NCBI GenBank assembly: GCA_000320545.1
Contig: ADNK01003312.1
Span: 1 to 64,000, forward strand
DNA length: 64,000 nt
Reading direction: 5' to 3'
Source: Bigelowiella natans CCMP2755
Lineage: Eukaryota; Protista; Cercozoa
This document shows positions 53,810 to 64,000 of the stretch, in pieces (the first letter of the stretch is position 1; the number at the start of each line of letters is the position of its first letter). The notes below the pieces were generated by a model. That model saw only the letters and a program-made list of their open reading frames with translations. It was not told where the DNA came from and searched no databases. Made by a program: the position numbers and the translations under genes.

Positions 53810-54780
53810 TAGGCATTCATATGCATGTGCACGTCTTGATTCGATTTCTGATACATCTGAATCGACGGGAAAACTTCGATCAAGTTACTGCCTGTCTGGT
53901 CATGTGCAACTGAAACATGTGCAATGATTCACGCTTCGATGCATTCCTTGGTCAATGAGCTAACGAATGTTGCTCACAAGTCTAGAAGTGGTGATCAAGC
54001 TAACCTAACTACACTGAGCAATGCTGAACCTGCTAGCTTCATCATCTTTAGGTCGTGAAGATTGCCATGCCTACTTCTAGACTGCATGATGACTGACCAT
54101 GCTGACATGCCAGCATGTGTGCGTGCATGCATGTCTACTAGTCTAGCTAGCTAGATGAGCACACCTCTAGCTAGCTAGACCTGTTTGGACGCCATGCGCG
54201 CTAGCATGTGAAAGCATGCTAGTATGGCTAGATGGCGTCACGAGCTAGCGAGCACGCTAACTAACACGGGCTAGCGGGCCTCTGTCACTTCGCGTGCACA
54301 AAGACATCATCTAGCATGCTAGATATAATAGATCATGTCCACACACGTTGCACATGCATGCGTGCATGCAATGAACATCTGCATCAATCCAAACAATGTG
54401 TGCTCTAGCTAATGCGTTCATGTTTGTCTTTTGTCATGCCACATGTGCATCTTCATCTAGAAGTATGAGTTAGTGTCCACAACACGTGTCACGTGTGAAC
54501 CTGCATTTCAGCGAACTAGCGAAATGCCAAGATGTGCTACTCCAGCACTGGTGATTTTTCAAGGTTGCACGTAGCAGAAACATCATGTCCACTGGCTAGC
54601 TAGTCCGCCATTTACAGTACGTGCAGGCATGTTTAGCACGGGTTGCGGACTAGTGTACGACTACTAGAGTAGGCGGTGTGAGCATAGCACTAGCGTAGTT
54701 GAGGCTTCATGACAGCAGGGTCCTATCGCGTGCCATGGCATACTACATGCAGTTGAACTAGTTGCATGAAATTATGTGAT
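53810..54780. repeat. Strongest CATG/CTAG-rich patch, between convergent genes
   Basis: Very dense GCATGC, GCTAGC and ACATGT. Shares a 22-mer with 2070-2091 and ACCTGTTTGG with ~2429. Confidence 0.6.
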
Positions 54781-54849
54781 TAAATTGACAAGTGATATGA
54801 TTCTTTACTTCATGAAATCATATACAGAAGCCTGATATTTATAACTAAG

Positions 54850-55633
54850 TGCATTACATTGTCGCAAAATGAGATTGACAATTTACTTGATGCACTCACA
54901 TATAGCAAACCCAACTTTAACGCACTCATGTCGACACCACACTCATTCGAACAATCATAGACCCGCCTGATTGTAATGACTGGGCTTATCACGTAGAAAC
55001 ATTTCGAAATAACGTTTCCATACCTGTCCTAGCTATCTTCTTCGGGTCTCTTGTGAAAGATACTGGCTTCTTATGCCTAGATACGTAACAAATATTCCAC
55101 ATTAGAATCTAAATATATATTTACCAAAAAGTGAGCTTCTTACAAGGGCAACCTACAGATACTTTCTGTTTCAACATCGAGATTATCTAAATCAAGAAAC
55201 CTAACGAATAATAATTTAATTATTTATCTTATGACGAAATAAAGTAAAGAAGTAAAAATTTTGTGATAATATATCCTTACGTAAACTCAATCTCGCTTGA
55301 ATAACAGCTGCCATCCTAATATCATGATATTAGTTATAATCATGTATTTGTATGCTGGGACAAGATAACTGATAGACTGATGAGAGAGTGCAAATTATAA
55401 TGGTCTCCTATAATTACCTTTCTTCTCTTCAATTGCTTCAGCTGAATGAAAATAAAGCGCTGCTCGTTTTCACTGGTAGGTGCGATGTTAAAAGCCAAAA
55501 TCATTTCAATTAGAGATAAATTCAGACATAAAATTTCACACCTTCCCTTTAGAATATAGATGGTGCTTGTCAAATCACCCGGCAATGTTTGTGCTGGCTT
55601 ACCGACAATGTTACCCTAATACAAGTTAGTACA

Positions 55634-55670
<37 letters not shown>

Positions 55671-57952
55671 TATATATAATATACAATCATATAGTAATTC
55701 AGAGGAAATACCGTCCCATCAGCAATAGTAACCGCAATAAATGGCCTGCCAATGTCTTCATCTAGCACTGATGACTCGCCCCCTGTCATATGAAATCCTG
55801 TGACTAACAAACTAATTAGGTGAACTTATTCACAACCTAAGTCAGATTTTGATTCTGTATCGTCAGAAGTAGCTCTTAGAAAGAAACTCTGATAATGGGT
55901 AAAATATTGATCAGTATTTTTACTGTACCAATGAGTATTATTGCTACCGAGCTTCTTTTTTTCAAGGATAATCCATCCTGGATATTAAATGTGACCTAAA
56001 TTAATTTAGTAGAAATAAATCAGTTAAATCGTAAAATTGCCAATCATCGAAATGACATTACCGATTTAGATGATATTGAGTCTACGGACACTTTCCAGAT
56101 GTCAACCCCATGAAACTAGAGAACATAAAATTAAACCATTCGCCATTAAGTAATCATAATATCAAACCAACAATATCAAACCAGCAACTGTCATAGGATA
56201 ATCTATAGAACTTTGAATCTAATGCCAATGTTTCTTAAAGGACACCTGCTTTGTGATGTCAGAGGTGAATGCAGACCAATTCGTCATCTTAATCCATTGA
56301 TGCGGCAACACTTCTTCTTTTTTTGAGAGTATGGATTCTTCCGTAGTAGCCTTAACAAAATTGAAAAATGAATGAAAGGCAAGATAAACTGTCAATAATG
56401 TAGAAAAATTATTCAGTACTTTAACTTTTTCTAGGAATTTTTCATCAGGCAGAATTTCAGCAGGATCTGCCGAACGCATCAGTTGTAACTTTGCAGATTC
56501 CATCTCTGCTCTCTTCAATGATGCTTTCAGCTTCATGATCTAACAAATGTCATAACAGTATTAGATAAAACATCCAAAAATTACAGTTAGTTGTTCGCAT
56601 AGTACTTCCTGTTTGAGAGACTCTTTCTCTGCAGTCCAGCCTATCTTTTCTTTCTCAAGTTGTTGAATTTTTTCATCCCCTTCAGCAATTTCTTCTTTCA
56701 TCTTCTTTGATTCAATTTCATGTTGCTGAATAGCAACTTCGTTATTTTTCTTCAAATCTGCACATTCCTTACGCAGTTCCTGAAGGATGGATTCCTTTGC
56801 AGCGACCTCCTGGGCTGTTGCAATTTCGCTGGCGGAGACTGCATCCTTGACCACTGCTGCTGCTTTAGCAGCCTTGGCAGCCTCTGCTGCAGCAATGGCT
56901 TTTGCTGAAGTAACATCATCTTTCAACTTCTTTTCTTCAGCAAGGAATTTTGCATGCTCCTCTCGTAGTTGCTTCAGGGCTTTCTCCTTTGCCTCGGCGT
57001 CCTTGGATGCTGCAATTGCTTTTGCCTCTGCATCTTTATTGCGACTTACAGCACTTTCTGCTGAAGCGTTTGCAGCATCCGCCACTTTTTGCAAAGAATT
57101 CTTTTCTTTCATTAACTTGTTGTGCTCATCACGCAACTTTTGTAGGGCGCGTTCCTTTTCCACCGCATCTTTGACAGCTTCGTCAGCAACCCTTTTTGCC
57201 TCTAGCAGCTTCTTATGCTCTTCACGTAAATTCTTAAGAGCCAGCTCCTTTTCTGCTGCATCTTTGGCCGCACCTTCAGCTTTCGCAGCAGCTGCAGCAG
57301 CATTTTGAACAGCTTTAGCAGCCGCTGATTTCGCTTCCTGAGAACATTTCGTTTTTGCCTGTATATCTGCGAGATATGCAGTTTGAAGCAGCTTTGAGTC
57401 GGTGGGTCCAACTTCTTCGGAGAGCTCCTTGACCTCTTCCATTTTGAGTTTGGAGGTACCGAAGTCGAGCTCCACAACACAGAATTCATCATTTTTCTCA
57501 ATTAGAACACTGAAGAAAAAGTCAGCGTGAGATTTGACAAAAAGGCCACATACTGATCATTCTTGCTAACCCCTTTCCGTAGGTAGTGGAGACTTGAGGT
57601 GGATTTTTGAGATGCTTTGAATGGATGAAGACATTTCCGAATGCGAGTTTCACTTGCTTGATATCAGTAGCGGAATCTGGATTCACTTCACGTCTGACAA
57701 GTAAAAACTAATTGAAGCGACTACCTTGAAACGAAAAAAATATTTGAATACCCTATTCCATATGGGGTTACATAGTATTGTCCTACAGATTATTTCAACC
57801 ATCCACGAAGCGTTAATGCAACAAGATTTGTCCTTCTAGATGATGTTCCAATTGATTAATAGAACAAGAATTTTGTCCCGTCGTGTGTAGAGACAACCTA
57901 GTTTATCTTCGAGAGCTCCTGAGTTGCATTGGCAACTTGCATTTTGTCCCAT
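54850..57952 (-). CDS. Putative N-myristoylated coiled-coil protein (A/K/E-rich internal repeats) with unrecognised C-terminal domain
   Basis: Start MGQNASCQC (ATG 57952). SH3/KOW-like VSTTYGKG|VLIEKNDEFCVVELDFG, then a ~300-aa A/K/E-rich exon (~56606-57510), then many exons separated by short AT-rich introns. The 3' end is tentative. Confidence 0.7.
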
Positions 57953-58999
57953 GACTGGTGTTCAATGATCACGTCTTAGTGGGGTAAAGGTTCGGGGGTT
58001 GAAATGTGAGAACTCTGCTTCAAAAAAAAAATGTGATTTTAACCTACTCTTCTCCAAAATTAGCTCGAATCATGCAAAAAGGCCACCCAATTAGGTCATA
58101 CTTTTTCATTGCTTATCGCGTATCCCCAACCATGCACTGGTTACATTTTTTCGAAATCCAAGCCAAAAACGTTGTAAATTCGTAATATACTCTGTCATTA
58201 AAGTGCAAGTGCCCTTTGGTCTGCCCAAAATGTTGTTCACTTCTGGGATTTAACAGAATTTTTGAATCAGCAAACGGCAGATTCTTTGTTGTACATAAAA
58301 AAGCCCCCGGAGATTGGCAACATGGGCTGATCTTGAAAACAAAGAACCGTTTTGGGCTTGTTTTTCCTGTTGTTTTTTTGACAATCCAACTGCGACATTT
58401 TACCAGGTGAAATAACATGCAATTTTCCACATGCGTCAAGCTAATAGTGAATTATGTACAAATTACCGTATTTACCGTTAGTATCGGAAATTGGTACGTT
58501 GGTACTTGGAGCTATCTTTTGAAGTCTGCCTCATTGATCAGCAAGTTCAAATGAACGACACAGGCACCAATGCCATTGCTTCTCTATTGTACTGTTTTTA
58601 GGCCATTTTGTCGATTTTTTTCTCTATAACAGTGTCTTCACATGATAAAGGAGGAAAGCAAAGCTCGTAATGAGTATTGTTCCTCGTGACGCCTGTGCGA
58701 CATGAAAACTTATAAGTCGCAAATTGTTTGCAGTTGCTGAAGGTGAGCACTATTTCGCTTCCATCACCGTTTTTCTGCTTTCTTAATAAATTTTATGTGG
58801 CATTTTTATCAAAAATATCAATGAAGTTCTGCTGCGCAGGTAGATTGTAGGCTATTTTTAGAAATTTTCTTAAAAGATTTCGGATTTTTTGCAACTTTTT
58901 TGTTGATGGATTGTGCCTCAAAACTCCGGTGCTATCGCAACGCAGGTGGGGGGCCGGTAACGTGGCCCCATTTGAACATTGTAGCATCTATTTCGTACG

Positions 59000-61152
59000 A
59001 TGCCAAAATCTGCTTTGAAGAATGACAATGCTAGTAGCAGCCTGTGCAAGTCTCGTCGGACTTACTGCTATAACATTGCTCTGAGTGAGGACGACGCAGA
59101 CATGGTGAAAACTGCAGGAAAGGAACACCACTATCTTACATTTGAGTGGGTCAATGATGACGGACTCACAGAAATTTACCGGCTCCGATGTTCTTTGGGC
59201 CTTGCGTCGAATCCGCAAGCTCGAAGAAACGCGAGACCAAGCAAATTTAAACGCAAAAATACAAATACGCTTGATCTTGAGCCAGACAACACTAGGCTAA
59301 GTTTTTCTATCAGGTTGACACGCCATAATGTTGGATCTTTGGGAGGATTGTGGTGGAGAAATTCAGATGAATATTTCATTGAGCTTTTGCCTTCGAGAGA
59401 AGGCAGAAAACAACGGAGTTCACTTCCGTGGCCGTTGACTGTTTTTGAGTTAAAAACAAACCATAGGATAAGGGTTCTCCGTTTTGAACGGGGAAACAAA
59501 GTGAGGGTTAATTTTCTAATCCAGAAGGAATATACAAAAGAAAATGGTAATGATCAAGTGGAGGACCTTAAGCAGAAAAGAAGTGGAACAGTACAAGATA
59601 TGCAATGTGATGAGGTATATATTGGATTAGTAATGGCTCTGATATTATTAGGAAGTATCTTTAAATTATCAGGTGGATATCTCTATGGGGGACCTTGGAA
59701 CCATGGAAGATGATGTGAATATGCAGCTTGAAGAATCTCCTCGAGGTTACAATATGGCGGAGGTCTATCGGTAATAGTATTCAGAAATATGTGTAAACAC
59801 TTAAGAATTTCCTTTTTAATCAATCAAATATTGAGAAGTATCCTATCAACAATCAGGACTGAAAACTCCCATGATGCAATGCTTAACCTTCGGCAGCATG
59901 ATCTATATGTAAGAAGTTACATTAGTTGGACCAAAATTAAAACATTCATAATTGTGATAAATTTAAATTGTTCTGTTCACTTAACGAACTTTTTTGGTCT
60001 TTCTTCACAAGAACATATGGCGTCATAGTATGCTGTGGCACTGATTCTCTTCTACTTTAGTACGATCAGGGAAGAATAAGTAATTCTGGTTCTACATCAA
60101 TGTGCACTGAAATTCCAGTGTTCGACGAGACCAAATCTACAAATGATAACAGCATTGACACAGCTTCCTCGATATTTTCTGATTACTCAAGAAACGACCA
60201 CGACTTCTGTTCTCCTTTCCATGCCCATGAATTTGCTACACCAGAGAGTAGCTGCATCTCTACAATACCTTCTGTTGATGGTGGGACTGGTCAGAAAGTA
60301 GATCTCGTTGTCATGAATATGAAGGTTCTCGTTTCTAAAGACCGAGGGTTAGGATTGTTACAGAATATTAAGAAGACTTTAGCAGAAAAATTCAGTGCGC
60401 AAAATGTAAATTGCGTGAAAATTGATTCACCATATAGTCCTGGCAGGTCAAAATGTTGGAAATTGGTAATCCGATTCGGAGACTTAGATTTTTCGTCCCC
60501 TGATCACAGGAGGTTAGCGAAACAGAGGATGCAAACGGTATTCCGGGGGGCTAAAATTCCTGATTCCAACGTGGTAGAAGAAAATGTCGAACCTGGCTCC
60601 ATCATTGTAACTACTTGGATACGGAAATTGGACACTCAAAGACGGTTTTTAATCAAGAAACTTACCCAAAACTACCCTGATACTACATGTAGCCTTGGAG
60701 TTTCTCAGCATCCGCTTTCAGATGCAAAGGGTTCTTTGTATACAATCCGAGCGAGCTTACCAGCATCGGAATGCAAGCTAGCAAGATGGCGAAGTCACAT
60801 CCAACAATCCCACTTCTGTTCGGAGCTTTCGTTCATGCTCAATGTAGCTGTGCAGAGTTGTGAATTCGAAGGCACAATGTCTAGCAGTAACTTTATTGAA
60901 CAGCACAAAAAAAAATTCCATCACATGTCAAACTATGGGAAAAAACCATCGACTGCAAGTTTGATGGAGAATCAATCCCAGGTTGAATATAATTATCATA
61001 GATCACAATTAGCTGGCAGTGATAAATCATTCTTTGATCACTTGCACACAGCCAAACAGCTTGGAATCTTCGTTCTAATGAGATGGAATCGATATTTTCA
61101 CCGCAGGAGAGGTCCGTCAGATCTCCCCCCCCCACATTTGGGGGACAACTGA
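59000..61152 (+). CDS. Orphan hypothetical protein; the two long ORFs are probably joined by small exons
   Basis: 237-aa ORF with GT donor at ~59614, exon VDISMGDLGTMEDDV... (~59672-59762), further small exons, and an acceptor at 60060 in frame with the 350-aa ORF. Confidence 0.65.
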
Positions 61153-61259
61153 ATTGATCGGGCAGCAACAGTAAAGATGTCCTGCAATTGAAAGCTGTAA
61201 ACAATTTTTCAGCTTTAGAAACAAGCCCGGTTGACTTTGCACAAAATCCATCGATTTAT

Positions 61260-61975
61260 GTAATGTGACATTCAATGCTAGAATGGGGCGCCCATGCTAG
61301 GCTAGCAGGTGCCATGATGTGACATGATCTTAGATCGCCAACACGGCTATCTCTAGTATCTAGCTATGTTGATTCAATACGCTCTTGCAATGCGTTCGCG
61401 TGGAGCACAGCGGGAAACATGTCTCAATGCGGCTCAATGCGGATGAAAAATGTAGAGCCGCATTGAATGCCAATGCGCAAGACGTCAGAACCCCAAAAAT
61501 CCGTTTTTTAGGTTCCGACGTCTTGCAAATGGTTTCGCGCTCAAAACCGACCACCTCCAACACTCGGTCTAGCACACTAGCACTCCCTGTGCTAGTGTGC
61601 CTGATGTTGAAGAAGAGGAAGCACATCTAGACATGCTAGCATGCTAGCATGCATCTCTAGATCTCTAGATCTGATCGCACAGCAGGGCATCGGAAGAGGA
61701 CATTCTGAGCTCTAGAGCTAGCAAATCTAGAAAAAAATCTAGATTTAGCTGTCGTTTGGACACTGCTAGCAGCTAGACTGTCTAAATTCTGAAGATTATT
61801 CGAACGCGCTTGCGAGTCCGCCAGACTAGCTAGCTAGCTAGCTAGCAGACTGGCACATTTAGACACATGTGTGTAGCAACAATGCGTCACATCACACGAT
61901 AGCATCATCGGCATTACATTCGCTATGACTATAGAAGCAGCAACGGAAACATGCTAGCATGCTAGCATGGGCAAC
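61260..61975. repeat. CATG/CTAG-rich patch between convergent genes
   Basis: CATGCTAGCATGCTAGCATGCA, CTAGCTAGCTAGCTAGCTAGC and TCTAGATCTCTAGATCT clusters. Confidence 0.55.
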
Positions 61976-61993
61976 ATCGCTTATCGCCGTTCG

Positions 61994-64000
61994 TTAATTT
62001 CCTCTTGAAGCGCAGCAGATGCCCGCCTTGAACACCCCGTTCGGGAAATGGAGCTCGTTGCCATATCGAGTGTAACGGTGATTCTTCGCCGAGAGCTCGA
62101 CACCACAAAATCGGCACCAATGCACACGAACCTTGGTGCCATGCTCGTCTACGCAGTAATGACTCATGTGATTGCAACCCCCGTCGTGTCCTGTCGCAGC
62201 TACTTCTTTGTAGTCGGAATCATGGATGAAGAACTGCCGGCAGCAGGGGCAAGGCTTCGATTTTCCTAGGACGCCTGATGCTATGCGTTTGGTCTCGCCG
62301 TCCTGCCCGGCCTTTCGATTCTCGAATTGCTGGCAGCTCATGCCAGAGTGCCAGGGAGTTTTGCATCGACTGCAAAATCCCCTTCTGCAATGGGGGCAGA
62401 CTAGATGATGGCGATGGTGAAGGCCTGTTTCACTGTTCCGACCCTTTGTGTCATCCTCGTCCCGGATTGATTCAAGATGGCAGAGAGGGCATTGCGTGAT
62501 TAGCCCTCCAGTTGCGGCGTGCAGGCACCGTGTGTCGTAAGCCGCTAGGACGCCACGAGCTAGTTTCTCCTGTCAAACACACCGCAGCAGCACAAGGTTT
62601 GAACCCCATATAACCTTGTTGATTTAAGACTGAATGTATTAGTGCTGCACGGGGAGGGGTAGACCATTTGAAGCTGGGATGTGAATCATCCAGAGGTCAT
62701 ACCTTTTCGAATTCGCTTACTGCCAGTCGGCACACTGGTTCTGAGCATTCCCACCATCCAGATTTTCCACAGGTGATGTGACTGAAGTGCACCGCCTGGC
62801 ACCTATCCTTAACCACCTATGGCATAATATACGTGGCGGCGACCGCAAAGAGGACCGCAATTGTGGGGGTAGTGCGCTAGATACGTGTACATTATAGCAA
62901 TCCTTACCCCCACGCAGGCTATAAGAATCACGATTCCCCTACGATGCTACATTTGTGAAAGACACGCATGACAAAGCCATTTGCAGACTCTCGTCGCGCA
63001 ATTATTATTATACATAACTTCTCCTAATTCGAAAATTCACCGGGCTCACGTTACGTTTGCGAGTGAATTTTCTAGATACGATTATGTTTGACTCGGCAAA
63101 CAGTACCTGTGTTGCACACGCTTGGCAAAAGTAATGCCCGCATTTGCCGCTTGTGAGCGTGACGGTGCCTTCTGCTTCACAGAAAGTAATAAAACTCGCA
63201 GCGCACGTGGCCCCTTCCCCCTTTACAGGCTCTCGAACAAATTTAAAAGAACTTTGGTAAGTATCCTTCTCCTCCTCCTCCTCCTCCTCCTCTTCTTCTA
63301 TATCCTCCTCGGCCGGTTTCTTATTTTCAGACGGAGGAGCTGTCGACGACGCAGGAGAAGATGCTAATTCTATATTTTGAGGTCTCAGCCCCAAAAACTC
63401 GCCAGAGCACAAAATTCTGACAAAATATCTGCCATCACTGTTGATCGCCTTGCATATTATCCCGCTTTTGCCATTGTGCTCTGGTGCGTTGATAAGTCCT
63501 GTTATTCTTACCTTTTCACCAGGTGAGAACCATCCTGAAATTCTGGTGAGATTTTCAGGTTTCATGCGGAATTCCTTGTCCGAAATTCCCTCTATATATA
63601 CTCGATAGCGCCCATCGTTGCCAAGACTACCCTAATTTAACAATACTTTCGAGAATCAATGAATTCTGATGGCGAAATCTTCATTATTTGACTTTTATTT
63701 ATAATTTAGTGACTACTCTATATGGAATGATTTCTCCTACCTGAACGACTGCTTTCTTGCCATTCAAATTCGTGGCAGTTTTTAAACCACAAATCTCCAT
63801 TTTGCAACCATTCCGGAGTGCAACAGACGTTGAATCATTGTTATTATTCACTTGGTTCTTCTTCGTCTCAGAGCGTGAAATCAAGTTACCAGCCTTAATA
63901 TAACATCTCCGGGAAAATTTATCTAAGTTTATAGGATAGCGTCCAGCAAATGCCCCCGATTGCAACAAAGGTCCGCATACGGTTCCAGACTCGCCATTGT
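61994..64000 (-). CDS. RBR (RING-IBR-RING) E3 ubiquitin ligase-like protein with tandem N-terminal SH3/KOW-like repeats; 5' end outside the window
   Basis: RING1-like C...C...CGHYFCQAC, IBR CPLC...CPHCRRGFCSRCKTPWHSGMSC, RING2 KPCPCC...GGCNHM...HWCRFC. At least two V.I.GL..A...NG..G.....DGRY.V......(L/M)(R/K)P.N(I/L) repeats. Confidence 0.88.

Noticed and set aside
53253-53816. 187-aa minus-strand ORF
   Set aside because: Antisense to the well-supported ARH exon.
56787-57308. 173-aa Ala/Ser/Phe-rich plus-strand ORF
   Set aside because: Antisense shadow of the A/K/E coiled-coil exon.
53810-61975. Large DNA transposon or endogenous virus bounded by the two CATG/CTAG patches
   Set aside because: No alignable terminal repeats beyond short low-complexity words, and no transposase, helicase, polymerase or capsid motifs inside.
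1-64000. CRISPR arrays, rRNA, telomeric arrays, prokaryotic operons
   Set aside because: No repeat-spacer periodicity, rRNA motifs or tandem TTAGGG seen; gene structure is spliceosomal throughout.

Overview
Eukaryotic nuclear DNA with many introns; no prokaryotic operons, CRISPR arrays or rRNA. Most short ORFs in the supplied track are microsatellite or intron read-through artefacts, so genes were rebuilt by hand from GT-AG exon chains. Exon coordinates are approximate and several 5' ends are tentative. Two genes have signal-peptide plus Arg/Ser-rich leaders, which suggests an alga with a secondary plastid (chlorarachniophyte-like; inference). In order, the window holds: the 3' end of a Ty3/gypsy-like LTR retrotransposon (1-1002); a minus-strand gene fusing a cytochrome b5 domain to a complete GMC oxidoreductase behind a flavocytochrome-b2-like leader (2633-~11618; the best candidate for a novel system); a DNAJB6-like J-protein; a hypothetical gene; a ~10.7 kb divergent serpin-like gene with a large acidic/Cys-rich insertion; a METTL21-family methyltransferase; two hypothetical genes; a DUF1769 gene; a probably plastid-targeted Sua5/YrdC/YciO gene; an intronless membrane-anchored alpha-carbonic anhydrase lacking two zinc ligands; an ADP-ribosylglycohydrolase; a myristoylated coiled-coil protein; an orphan gene; and an RBR E3 ligase. 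CATG/CTAG-rich, TA-poor patches recur downstream of gene 3' ends, mostly between convergent genes.
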